The notes under the pieces are model-generated. The model saw only the letters and a list, made by a program, of their open reading frames with translations. It was not told where the DNA came from and made no database searches. Shown in pieces: positions 43,501 to 56,765 of a DNA stretch of 64,000 nucleotides. This DNA comes from Tubiluchus corallicola. Its lineage: Eukaryota > Animalia > Priapulida. The position numbers and the translations under genes were made by a program. Each line of letters starts with the position of its first letter. Positions within the stretch are counted from its first letter, which is position 1. The stretch is taken from contig JAQGDQ010000042.1 of NCBI GenBank assembly GCA_030141605.1, forward strand, positions 806,001-870,000, given 5' to 3'.

Positions 43501-46239
43501 TTTATTATTATCTTTATAATGACTAGATACTTGTAAATTTGTAAGATGTGAAAGCAGTCAGATTTATTATTTCTATTTTTGATACACAGACATAAAGGTT
43601 TCGTAGAACATTGCATGCTATATTGGAAATTATTTTCGTGTTCCCGTCACACACCTGTTATTCAGTATCGCTTCGTAGAGGCAGGATCACTACTTACATC
43701 GAAGGGGTGAGGATGAAAATAAATGGCATTTCACCTTCCTAATAAACTTTAGACTGTAAAATTAAGGGAAAAAAGAGAATTTTCTTTAATATTTTTAAAC
43801 AAATTATGGCACGCAAAATAATGGTAGTAGAATGGAATGACTGACAATGAAGAGAGATATTTTAGCAAATGACACCTATTATACAGTGCCGTCTTAACAC
43901 ATGGGCATACTGGGCAGTTGCCCGGTGGCCCAAAGAGTACAGAGGCCCTATGCTAATCTATGTGTGTGATTTGCTGTCAATAAATGAATAAATACTATAC
44001 TAAATAATATATACTAAGCTATAAACATTTGGTAATGTGTAACCATTTCCGTCTGTATGGTTTACCAATTGAGCATCAATTATATGTAAAAATTTTTATT
44101 GTATTTTTCAAGGCTTTTTCAAGGTTATATTGTTGAAACATTTGTGTTGATTAATCTTTACCGTACAACATGTTAATTTTAAGGTTTAAACACTGATTTT
44201 GTTTGAAGTAGCAATACAGCAAAAATATGCTCAATTTTATTTTTACATTTTTATTCCTGTGAGTGGGTAAGTAGGGGCCCTCGGTGCACCGCTTTGCATA
44301 TAATGCTGATAATACTTGTTCCTACAACTCCTGATGTTGGCATTTAGCAGTTAAGTAACGAAACTCTCAGCCTGGCACATTATAATTAACTCATCATTGT
44401 CGACTTTAATTGTAGCTTTTGGTCCCAGGCCTTAAGTTCAGCACGATAATTCGGCAGGAATGTCTTTAGTGTTAAAATTATATTAACGGCAAAAAATTCC
44501 TACCCACCTTCTTCAGCTGATCGTTCATCGTGTTTATTGGTCAACAGATACGTTGGACTTTCCCGACTGCACCAGGGAAGTAAGCAGATCTGTATAGTAG
44601 AAGTAACTGATGTCGCACCTTAAACAATAGAAAAGCATTATATTTATATGATGATACAACAACATTTAATTCAATTTTACCAAACTTTGAAAAGCAGGAA
44701 ATGAAAAAATGTTGGAACACAGCCTGAATTTAAACCAACGACGTTCTGTTTGTAAGACGCCATAACCATACATTATAGTTATAGTTACTATTTCTGCCGA
44801 CAATTGCAATTATGCTGAAAATACTTTTCAAGTATGGCAAGTTTGGCAAGGTCGGCGAGTTCCATCTTTAATGTCTGTGCCAAACACACAAGATATGTTC
44901 AATGTAAATACTTTTAAGTTTTAATTATTTTTACCGTAAATTTATTTACAACTTTTGTCATTTTGGTCTCGCAGAATGCTAGTGTTTGTCAGGTAAGTGT
45001 TTAAGTAAAATTTGTAATGTATAAGCTAATGTGTATTTAACCGTTCATCTCTGGAGGAGTATCATAAACTGTACACTCTTATCTGGGACATTGTCTTTTA
45101 AACTTTGTTGTTTACAGCAATAAAATTTTTAATAATAAAAAATTAGTCTAGCAATCAACAATAACATTGACAGGCATTTTTCATTTTTCACTTAAGTTGT
45201 ACATACAAAGTAGATAAGGCCATCCCCTGTCATTTCCCAAAATAACAGGTAGACCAAGAACTTGTGCTACGAGTATTGACGATGTGAATCCCATCTGGAA
45301 AACGCCACCTAGTGACCCTCGTAAATGTTTAGGTGAAATTTCCATTAGGTAAGTAGTCGCTACTGCAGAAAGACCTGTGAGATAAAAAAAGACGTAAAAA
45401 TAGTTCAAACATAAAATCACAACTATGTATATGAAATTGAATTACAGCATCACATTTGCTTTTGTTTGACGTGTGCATGTTAACAATTGGTTCGTCTAAC
45501 ATCCTGTCTCTATCTATTTTTTGTTATGTTTCTTTCAAAAATGATTTTAGAAGCACTCCGAAATGGTAACAGACAGCTGGTAGTTTAATTTGCTTATTGT
45601 TTGTGCTTTAGGTGAATTTTGCTGGTGGCCTCGTATATGAAAGCTAAACATAATTACAATATTTTTCCTAAAAGTGCTTACAGGCATATTCAGTCTACTT
45701 GAATGGTTTTTTTAACTAACAAATCCGATTAAGAAAAGGTTGAATTTTCGAGTAACACTTTTTATGAAAATTTATTGGCTTTCTTTCTTATTATAGCATT
45801 TAACATAGAAGTAATCGAAAAAAATGAAAGTTTAGAAATGGAAAAGTAAACTCAAGCCTGGAAAATTGATTAGTAAGTAGAAAAGTTAGGTAAATTGATT
45901 ATTCTTTACGTAAGTTGTACCTGCAAAAACTCCAAATAAGGTTCTACCAACCATTATCATTTCATACGATTCAGCTGGCATTGAGAGACCCATCAACACA
46001 CTTCCCAGGTAAATGAATGAATGACTACCCAGCAAGACTCGTTTACTGTACAAAAAAGTAAAAGTGTTAGATACCATTGGTAACAAACAATGCAAATTTT
46101 TTCAAAAGATACATTATCCTGCCGACCGATTTCTGTCCAGAAGGACCGTTATCTAGGCCTATTATTATTGTTGTTGTTGTTGTTGTTGCTATTGTTGTTG
46201 CTACTGGTGCTGTTGTTGTTGCTGCAGCTGTTGTGGTTG

Positions 46240-46314
<75 letters not shown>

Positions 46315-49300
46315 AATACGGCTAATTTGACAAACAATGACGAAAAGGTAAATTCTAATGGGTTACACAAATAAATAAAGTGCAAAATCAAACAGTTTTT
46401 ACATCATTGGAAACAAAAGTATGTGCAATTTATGTGTTTTGTAACCTATCACAATGGTGTGGAATTTTGTGTAGCTCTTACAGCTTTTCTACTCTTAAAA
46501 TGATTGTGGTGGATAAACCTCTAGATTTTAGCTTTTCCTCATTGTTTATGAATTCCAGCGTATATCACTGCAAGCCATTCTTAACTCAGGCTTTTATTAT
46601 TTTATGCCTGAGGAAGGTCATTTTTGCTGGTATCGTGCTGTATTTTCAATAAAGACCATTGAATTGTCAATTTTAATAGAAAACTTTCAGTGTCTTTATA
46701 GTTTTCATTTAAAATTGGATTTAACATCAGGCCTAAATGTAAAAGTAGACAGGTACCAAACAGAGACAGACGCGGAGGTGAGACAGATAGGGACCACCTG
46801 TTGTTTGTTCATTTCGAAACAAACTACATTTAAAAAAAATGAAAGTCGGTATGATTTTAATTTTCGAGATTTTTGAGGTGGGTAGGACGGGCCTTCCCGG
46901 GGCAAAAAGCCCCCTGACGAGCTTTTCGGAAATGCCTAGAGAAAACACTGTATATGGGTGATATTGCTCATAAGCATGTAAAAATGTTACCCATATTAGC
47001 GGTTACCCATATTAGATTTGTTAATCTGTGGAATTCTGTCAAAAATACCGCATAACGAGTGTTAGTATGTATACGTAGTTGCAACTGTACACATTTAAAT
47101 ATTGTCTGTTAGTCGCAAAGAAGTTTGACACCCATTTCAGAATTTTTTTATTAACACAAAGACACTTTTTTATATGCAAAGACGTAAAGGTCCCACCCGG
47201 GCCTTTCGTTTTGCTAAATTTAACAAATTTTGAAATTGCATCGAAACAAAGTAGTTAGTAAACGTAATATCGTGTAAATTAACAGTATATTACATAAATA
47301 ACATCTTGTGAAAATTGCAAGTCTACCCATTATGTAATGTGGAAATAGTAAACTCTGAAGTTTAAAGGGGCCTTCTGCCTGAGCTTACTGTTTATATCAC
47401 GTTTCTGCATGTGAACGATCTGTGTAGATTAGCAATAGTTTTGCATTTTCTATAGACCGGCTAACACTAAACGTTTTAACCGTTTTTATGGAGAGAAAGC
47501 TACAGTGATACAAGTATCTAATAAATGCCTTCCAAATCGTTGAGCAAAAGGAGCTGATATCAAGCTTCCTATAACTGCTCCCACCGGATACATTGCAGTT
47601 GTGATAGAAAGAAGAAGATCCAGCCTCGTCTTGTCTAAGTATTCGCCATTTCTGTCATAATAAGACGTGTTGAAGAATTCGCTAATAACCTGCAAAACAA
47701 TGTGTACGTCACTGCTATTCAAGAAATGTCTTCCTACGGCTTGAGCAAACATTTTTATTGGATTTTTTCATTTTGTAGTAAAGATGTTATGATACAATTG
47801 TTTAAAAGAAGACAGGCTGATTTTTCATACACTACCCAATTTTCAAGTCCGATAAAAAGTATACATTTTAAGACAATTAATACTGCAAAAGCTTTTCTGT
47901 TAATTAAATAATAGATTAAGATCTTAATTAACAGCGGGCGAGCCCAATTATTGATGACATCACAAACGAACGTAATTGTCAACAGCAAAAATATGTTTGC
48001 GAAAGCGAAAATCGATGCACAGTGCTACTGTAAGATATTCAGTCTGATGTCCTAAAATTAGGCAAGTTATAAGTTAAAAATTCAAACTTCAAATTTATTG
48101 CTATGCGCACGCATGAGCTATAGAGCTATAGTTATTCTGAAACGAACACGTCTGAACTGAGAGGTTCAACACCTTTTTTTGTGCAAAGCGTTTTCGAAAT
48201 GAAGGCGCTAGTGCACGTCTAACTAGCGAATGGCGAAATGCATGTAACAGCGAAAAACATGGCACGAACGCGATATTGTGTTTGTGTGGTAATAATTCTT
48301 TCACGTAAGTCATTCTTGAAACAAATAGCATGTTTCCTTTCAATATTTTAAAGAGTAGATTGTTTTGACCTGCAGTTTAAGATTGGGTGCGATTTTGCTT
48401 TAAAACTTATTGCACAAGTGCCTATGATACACCATTGTGGAGAAATTACAATGCCTGTAACATTAAAGACCTGAAAGTTACCTATAACGGTGTATAAGAA
48501 AGCTATTTTCATTATGATTGCGTCTGATTGCAGTGCTAATCAAATGTGTGTGTCGACTTGCAAATTCACCGCTTTGACGTAATTATACGAAAAGTTGTTT
48601 ATTCTTTGAAAAATGGAATAGATCACTCTTAACAATATTTTAATACAATGTATTTCAAATTATTTCTGATTTCTGATATCAGTATGAATTCTTGTTATTT
48701 TTAGCAAATGGAGAACAATTTTATTTGTAAATGCACATTCGTAGATGCTCATTGGTATTAAATTGTAAATAAGTTTTTTAAATTAGTTTTTATTAGTATT
48801 TTTCGTCCTTGTATATATTTTATGTAATTGTGTTGTTACGGACTTTATTTCGAAATAAATAAATAATTCTGCTCCATCAATTCACATTCTTGTTACTTTC
48901 TTGAGAAACATAGACAAAAACACATTCCTATACAGTTGTAAATAGATAGAATAAAATAATAAAATCACATAGGTAGAAAATTGTTACAAAGCACCTATCC
49001 ATTTATTAAGCGAGGATCTAGTTGTTAATTTACCTCTAGCGGTGCATTCATCACAAACATGTTGTATCCGACTGGGAATGCTGTGCCCAGAAATACAGCA
49101 AACGTAGTTAGAATCAGCGGCCGAGAATAACCCTAAATTAAACAACGAGCATTAAATTAAGAATTTTTCTAAAAATTCTTTTATATTTATTAGTAGTTGA
49201 GAAGTTCTAATCGCCCTAGCTTGCACTGTTGCAGGCATTTAGTACCAGAGATATTTTAAATGCAGACACTTTGAAATGTACAACCCATGTCGTGAACTTG

Positions 49301-50191
49301 AAAAACGGCATAGTGCATTTTGGCACTATGTCGCCAACTTGTAAAAGTTCCATTTTTTTGTTTGCTCTTAAAGTGTGGGAGTTTTTAAGCTATCAGACTG
49401 ACGGTTTTTGTATCTAAAGAAAGTTCACGGAAAGCATATTATCAGCATTTTGTCGATCTTGACTGTACCTCCTAGCTAGAGATAAATAAAAGCAAAGACC
49501 GAATAATTAAAACATCATGATGCAGTTACTTATTTACAACAATTGTACAATGTTAAAATATAATAAGAATTCAATACAAGAAACTCTAATCTATTAAATA
49601 ATCATTGTAAAAGCATGTGCTTAAATGCAAAAATATCAAAAGAAAAATCCTCAAGCGGGCATTGGTGGCCCTCCCGTGAAATGTAAATGTGACTTACACC
49701 CACCGTTGAACGGGCTACTCAGCCACCAGCACCGCCCTCATCACGTTCCCGTTCTCTAGTAATAAGAGGTATAAGTTTTGCAATTTTTTGCGAAAAACGG
49801 TAAAAAGGGAGTTTTTTGGAGGTTTTTCGCCCCCCGTTCCTCCCGGTGGGCCCGATTCGAAAAATAAACCCCCAGGTGCGAACCTATGGGTGGAGGCCAT
49901 TCATTTGACGTATAGATCGTCGAGAATGGTGCCGTCGTCGGGGGTGTAGCCTCGTCGGTTATATATCCATATTTGGAGTATATATATATTTGGACTTATA
50001 TATATATATATATATATATATACGTATATGCCAACGAAATTAATATATACGATAATTATCCAATAGGAAAGATGTTTCCGCCAACCCACAAGAGGTCAAT
50101 GTGCAATTTGAAATCTGTTTACCCGAAGATATTTTAAGACAGTATAACCTACCTTGAGTTGCATATCCGTCTTCATCTTTTTGGCAAACAT
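40565..50191 (-). CDS. SLC2A/GLUT-family MFS sugar-porter transporter, divergent, ~553 aa, 11 exons
   Basis: Exons 50191-50153, 49132-49034, 47689-47529, 46045-45921, 45374-45207, 44618-44508, 43060-42972, 42594-42496, 42065-41853, 41626-41554, 41049-40565 (1662 nt, in frame). Motifs GYN..VMNAP, SYEMIMVGR, YLMEISPKHLRG, RESPTYL, DRIGRR, GPG..W...ELF, PETNG. Confidence 0.93.
41186..41460. mobile_element. Foldback/MITE with ~110-bp inverted arms in SLC2 intron 10
   Basis: cgtaaagaagataatgtgcccattaagcctcaaaaatttttatttttcac... pairs with ...gtgaaaaataaaaattttggagacttaatggacactttgttttctttacg. Confidence 0.85.
43884..44310. mobile_element. Probable hAT-type non-autonomous element remnant
   Basis: Starts cagtgccgtcttaa...gggcagttgcccggtggccc; GC-rich ggggccc subterminal motif at the other end; 3' TIR not intact. 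Confidence 0.4.
46160..46312. repeat. (TTG)n/(TTA)n microsatellite
   Basis: Directly visible. Confidence 0.9.
47924..48403. mobile_element. Non-autonomous DNA element family A, copy 2
   Basis: Homologous to 6662-7109 in the same orientation. Confidence 0.75.
49645..50055. mobile_element. GC-rich interspersed element with (TA)n tail in SLC2 intron 1 (DINE/HINE-like)
   Basis: Sharp GC/CpG contrast with the flanks and a (TA)n tract before an aattaatatatacgat end; family inferred from architecture only. Confidence 0.35.
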
Positions 50192-50604
50192 GGATGTCAA
50201 AATTCTTCATTTAAGGATTGCCATTAAATATTAAATGACTTTGTTACAAAAGTCGTTGTTTATTACATTATACACGAGAGAAACTAGAGCCTATTTAATT
50301 AAATGGGCCGCGTATACCAAGTGTAGTATGCCATAAAAGTTTATGTTCAAAGGGCGTTTTTGTTATCTTTTGACATATTTTATATAAGCCCTCTGTTAGT
50401 TCAGAAATGTCAGCAGTATTTGCGATCCTGGATTCCGAGTTTTAATTATTTTTATCGTTAGTGAAGTCTAATTGGTGATTAAAGATTTTATAGTAGTTCG
50501 TTACGTGTATTATCGTTTGTCATGTTACGTGTTTTTTATTTGTGTGCCTGAAATTCCTGCTTTAGGACCAAAAGTGCAATGATTTGAATGTATGTATGCA
50601 TGTC

Positions 50605-51148
50605 CAGGGCCGAACTTTGATTTTGTACGCCCCTGGGCTACAGATGCTGTAAGGTCCCGGCCCCCAGCGACAATTAACAAAAGCATGAATGTTGGATTCT
50701 TCAAATCAGTTTGTTCAACTTCTACAATATAATGCCAATATTAGGCCCACATAGATGGGTGCAAGTCTAACACAACAAAAAGAAGAGATATTCTGATATC
50801 CACAAAATTAAAATAAGTTTTTGAAATATTAAATATAATATGCACAAATTACAATATATCGTAATTTTGTCAGAGGAGACCCCGGTTCCTACAAAATTGT
50901 GTCATTGTAATCAGATTTGCTAGTGTGGCAGTACCAATGAGTTGGAACAAGAAAACATTTCCAGAGCATTACTATACAGTACATTAATTAATTGAATCCT
51001 TTTTATAAAGAGATAATTCAACATACTTCTACTCTCATTCTGTAGTAACTTTTCATAGTAATTAATTTCACTTAATTTTTGGAGGCGCCTCACCTGACGA
51101 AAGCCCAAGGGCTGCCGACCATAAAGCCCTTACTTTAATTCGGTACTT
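50605..51148. mobile_element. hAT-like MITE ~400 bp upstream of the SLC2 ATG
   Basis: Imperfect TIR cagggccgaa / ttcggtactt with GC-rich subterminal motifs and an AT-rich interior. Confidence 0.45.
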
Positions 51149-52547
51149 GTAAGCCTTGTATGTCTTTATATTTACAATGAATAAAACATTTAAATATTTA
51201 AAAAAGCCTATCATATTTTAAACATTTGATAAACATTTTTAAACAAGTATGGGATTTCCCCTAGTCTCCAGATGCGTACAGGTTTTGATGCTTCTTATGT
51301 TGGAATAAGTGAAAAATTGTAAGAAATGTGGCTACCTTCTAATATATTGAAAGCTGGAGTACATCACACTTTTCTCTATCCTTTACCGATCTTTGCATTC
51401 TGTGTTTATTAAATTTCTTCGGTTATTCTTCAAAAAGTTCTAAACCTATTATCAGTTAGCATGGAATCATTTTGTTTATTCGTGAATTTCATTTTGATAA
51501 TTTAGCGTGTTAGCAGTAATAAGACTCAGTCTCTAAAACACTATTTATGTTAATCATGAGCGTGGCAAAAACCACCACCACCACCAACACCAATAGCACC
51601 TGCAACATTAACAGCACCAACACCACTACCGTTGCTGCCACGAACACCAGCAGCACTATCGACGTCGGCACCAGCACCACCATCGGATTTGCTGTTGCTG
51701 CCATCGCTGCCACCACTACCACCATCGTCATTATCATCGTCAACATCGTCTTCATCATCACCCTTGCCTGTGACACCTTTAACGTGATTGTGAAACTTCA
51801 TAAAAATTATGCACTGCATAAATTATTGGTCAAAGTGAAACTCCACAGACTCTGTGTGTGAAGGTATGTGCTTGCTAACTACAGTTAAGCAATGTCAAGT
51901 TAAGGCAAAAAATGGATGCGTAACTGCCATGAAAATGCTTTTTCTGTTTTCTCGGTTCTATCTATTTTACCTTCAATACCAGCGTATCGAAACATGAGTA
52001 AGATATCCCCTGCGGTTTAGTGCCTCATTCTACAGCTTGGTCGTCATTTCGATCTAGTGAACGTTGATACAGCGTCGAGCCATGATGGTCTACATGCAAT
52101 GAATGCAAGATGAAAATGATACATCCAACTGCAACAATGATAATTTATAGGAACATTAGGGGCGGGCGTTCAATAGATGTGTAGACCCACCACCCCATCT
52201 TGAATAACGGCAAAAATTTATTTTAACACTTTTTGAAAATGTAAACCTTGACCTTCACCTTTCTACCAAAAAATTGACGGTTTCCAGGCTTTGAAAGACC
52301 TTTCCCTGTGCCAAGTTTAGTGATTATACTTTTCTCCGTCTTGACTTTCTCAAACTCCTTATATCAATTGATGTATCTAATATAATGATGTAGCCTAGTA
52401 GTTCAAAATTTAATGATACTAAAAGTACACAGCAGTTGCAAATAAACATTAGACAGTATATTGTTTTTATAAATATGAATAGTGTCAGTAAATATATTCG
52501 ATGAAATAGTCAGTATAGTGCAATTTAAATACCAATTCAAGTCTAAA

Positions 52548-55500
52548 TTATTGAAGATCCACATTACACATGGATAAGGCTAATAATAAGCTAGAAAAAA
52601 GTTGTTTAGCAGATGGTCTCAACTCTGGTTCATCCGCCCAACACTTCTTCACAAGTCCGTCAAACAGCTTCTGAAATAAACAATGACATCATGGTTAATT
52701 ACATCAAACTCGCTTACGTTTTGCATTTGCAATAATGAAAAAATATGAAAATTTGTTCCGTCTCCTTTTCGCTAACTTTACTCAACAATTAAATTCAAAC
52801 TAAACCCTCAATATAATATAAGCTTTTACAACTTAAAATCCTACTCTCATTACGAATTTTTAATTTATTTTATTATACACTTACTGTAAAACTTTTTTAT
52901 CACATCGTTTTTATTGGTATTAAATTTGAAGAAAAGCATTTTTTTGTTGCGCGAGACGAATGACGTAATGAGTGCAGTCACGAGGTCCCAAAGATCGGCA
53001 AACAAGTATCGGCAACCAAAGACGCTTTCTGTACCTCGTGGGTCATTCTCGGTCACTCGATCCAAAGACGCGAAACATGGTGATTTTAACGGTACTGCAC
53101 GCATTCGAAATTCGTCAGAAAAAGACAAGTTATTTAATTTATAAGTCTCGTTTGTTTAATAACAACTATGAATTCTTTGTGTAATCATCATAATGCGTTA
53201 AAAAACTTCAATGTCTATTGGGGCTATATAAACCTTCAATGAAAATTTACGATAAAAATAAAAGCACACATTTTCGTCATCGTCGTGTTTTCTTTGTGTT
53301 TTTCTTACTTATGGGATGTTTACTAATTTAATTTGTCAATAGTTACTTTGTTTGTACCGAGAAGACTTTTTCATCATGATGCTTATTCATCATGAGACGG
53401 TTTACTCAAACCCAAACCTTTCTGATGGAGTCAGTCTCAACATTTAATTTGTTACACCAAACTGAAACAGTCTGTTTACTAAATACTTTATATGTCCACT
53501 CCAGATAGTGTTCTCAATATTTATCCTACTGTATGAAACAGATTGTTTAGTCTGTAACTACTCGTCGCACATTGGCGACATTGCCTATTTATTTACCTTT
53601 TTATTTACCTATTTGTTCATATTAAAATGGTATGCTTAATATTTATGCTATTTACGCTATATCTTAGTCAGCGTGCTACGTGCAAGTAGCACTTGCATGC
53701 ACGAATTAGTATTCACACTAAACGGCTGCGTTTAGACGATTTACCCACACTATTCCAACTGATATGGTTTACCTTATATTTATTTGTTATATGGGGCCAG
53801 TTTACCTTTAATATTTAGTCGGTTAACACTAACATGTTTCATTTAATAGCTATGACCCGCCAGCAAGGAAGCGATCATTTTAGCTGGGTTCACTCTGAAA
53901 AATTTACTCAGTGTGAATAGCTTGTTTAACGTTTACCCAAAAATAGTTTACCCAAAAAAACAGGATTTAAGTCTATTCACACTTTTTAACAGGTCCTCTT
54001 CGTACAAAGAGGATAAGAGGTCTTCACTTGCTACTCGTTTTAAAAAGTATGATAATTGTTGAGTTCTAAAGTTATTCAAAGTTATTTACTCATTCATTTA
54101 CTTATTTATTTTATTAATCAGGTTCTGATACTAAAATAAGTAACTGAACTTATTAAATAGATCGTTACTTAACAAATTTAGTTACCTCATTCGGGTCGTC
54201 CTTATTTACTTGCCTCAGCTGAGGTCGGTGTGAATAACGTACTACCCTGTAAACTATAGAGTGAACATGCTCTCCTTTATAAGGTTGTACACCAGTCTTT
54301 AGTTGGCACATAGTGATGCCTAAAGAAAAGATATCTGCTTTTCTGGTTACAGAAGCCCGGGATTTCAAGAGTTCTGGCGCACGATAGATTACTGTGCCAT
54401 GCAAGGATTGGTCCAATGGCGCACTTGATCGTGAACCTAAATACTGTAGTAAAGAAAAACAGTTTCAAAAAGAAAATGAAAGCAATGGTAACAAGAAATT
54501 TTCTTATGAAGTTTGCTTTTCATATGAGGTGGAGTAGTTAATTAAGTTGCACCAGATATTGCTGCAAATAATCTGCGAAAAAACACAGACGAAGGGAAAA
54601 CATTTTTGCATTAATTATTTATAATCTCATTAGCAATGTTTATATTAATGATTGTACAAACCCACTAATTAAACTTTTATAAGCAAACCTGAAAGACGGG
54701 AAATGCGAAAAGTTTTGCACAAACTAGATTTGAACTTCGGCCTGCCGTCTGAAAGCAGACGTCTGTCTTAGACCGATGAACTACCATGTTTCTCAGCGAT
54801 CAAGACAGTCCAAAATTCACTTTTTACTGCGAGCTAACCAATTTAGTACTCATAATGTTAAATCACTCTAGAGTATTTTAACTAACGTGAAGGCTCTGGT
54901 TCAGACAGTGTTCCAACTTTGGTAACAAAATTTAACCGACACCATTATGGGCTTGTGCCATCAAAATTTCTCTTATAATTTGTTTATTTAGCGAAATGGG
55001 TCAGATAAATTTCGCAAAATGTAGAATTTGGCTTACCTGACTGCAACCAAAATCAACGAGTTTGCAGTTGTCATTTGACCCGAGCAGAACATTGGCTGGC
55101 TTCACATCCATATGTACAATACCAATCCTGTGCAGGTGCGTTAATGCACTAGCTATTTGGGAAGAGTACTTCACTCTTTTAGGATAAGCCAAACAAATGC
55201 TGGACAACATCTAGGAAGGAAATACTGTCAACAACTGTAACTATAAAGCGGCAAATGTGAGCGTATTTCTTTATTTATTAAAATCTATTACAAGTGTCAT
55301 ACAAGGCAGAGAATTTTGAGTTTGAAGTAAGTAATTTCGTACAATTGTAATTTATGTAATTTTCTAGGCTGGATTCGTGTTTTTTAGCAATTACCCAACG
55401 TGTATATTAAAGAGAGTTTTTGAACAGAGACATGCTTTAAATCAATGCTTTTGTTTTCAAAGTCATAATTAAGCACCTGAAGGTTGTGTTTTCCCCCATA

Positions 55501-56765
55501 CTCCATTACCACTCGAATATCGGTTCGAGACATCACAAAGAGAGTGGCAGCTATGTGTGGATGTTTCAAACCGATACCATTACGCTCAGATTTCAAGGCG
55601 CTGCTAGCATCCTCGGACATCGTGCTCTTGTGTAAAGTCTTGATTGCTACAGGCCTTCCCTTGTAAACCGCCAACCGAACTGATCCAAAACCGCCTCTGC
55701 CCAGCCATTCCAGAACACGTGGAAGTGCTCGTAACCTGCCTTGACCTACACCACAACAATTGAAATTAAAACACAGCGGTCCTGGCAAGTTATATCTAAA
55801 AATATATGAGCAATCTTAATTTACCCAGCATGCAGTTAATTAAATAAGAATTATCTTCGATGTAATTAAATCTTACCTTGTCGATTCACAAAATCAGTTT
55901 TAGGGCGGTTATCATACTTTGCATCTTTATTTGTTCTCGTTACACTGGAGTGTGAGAAAAACTGCCTTTTTATTGTTGAACTTCTATCTTTTTCTTGTTC
56001 TTTAACACAAACATGATTTGGCATAGTTAAAGACATCTCCTGAGTTTGTTTGCAAATACGATCTACATCATCAGCATTTATCCATCTGCGAAATCTGTCG
56101 TTTTTTGAAAGTGTGAACCCAGATTGATCTTGGTTTTCTGACATCGATTTTTTGCCATTTCTGAAGAACTGTTTATTATCCGACACTGCACATCTGCTGG
56201 TAATTTGGTGACCTTTCTTTGGCAACTCAGTCTTCATTGTGTAATCTGATTCTCTACTTACAGTTATCAGTCCATTTTGCTGTTCACAGCCGTGTGACCT
56301 TGACACACTGCTACTGGAAAATTTATCAGATTCTCTAAACAGAAGCTTTCGTACAGTGTCGCTTGCGCAAGGGGATTTCAAGACCTGATGCTTCTTGCTC
56401 TTTTGATTAAAGCTGCCGCCTGTATGAGCAAAAACTTCATCATCCAGTTCATCAAGGCTTGCAAGACTGAACCTTCTTTGTCCTGTGCTTCTCAGAAAAG
56501 GACTACCAGTGAAAGAAACGCGTCTGGTGACTCGATATCGAATACTATCAAATAAACTTCCTCGATGACCGGAGTGTATTGGAGTAGAATCCTGAAAATA
56601 GTAATTGTAGATACCAGCTTGCAAAGGAGAGATTCGGCGATTGGGAGAATTGACTGACTTGATCCGGTTTCGAACCAGGGGACTTGCTGTTCGACGGCTT
56701 GCTACATCTCGTGTTATTCGTTTTAGCAAATTACTCGCTATGTATGGTGAGAATCGAAGCGACAT
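52548..56765 (-). CDS. mos: Serine/threonine kinase Mos (oocyte maturation MAPKKK), ~570 aa, 5 exons
   Basis: Exons 56765-55877, 55745-55477, 55210-55037, 54443-54186, 52670-52548 (1713 nt, in frame). [93 protein letters not shown]; DFGCS, YRAPELL and V..Y..RP are Mos-typical. Confidence 0.85.
52789..53239. mobile_element. Non-autonomous DNA element family C, copy 2 (mos intron 4)
   Basis: Homologous to 34424-34892. Confidence 0.8.
54722..54886 (-). mobile_element. Repeat containing a tRNA-like A/B-box segment; related copy at 58378-58533
   Basis: Reverse complement reads tggtagttcatcggtctaagac...gaagttcaaatc. It shares ...catgtttct...ccaaaattca...taatgtta.atc...ctagagt..tt.taactaa with 58378-58533. 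Confidence 0.5.

Noticed and set aside
51510-51861. Thr/Asn-rich and Val/Gly-rich overlapping ORFs with an apparent TM segment
   Set aside because: Degenerate (ACC/ATC) triplet low-complexity sequence; open frames on both strands are typical of such repeats.
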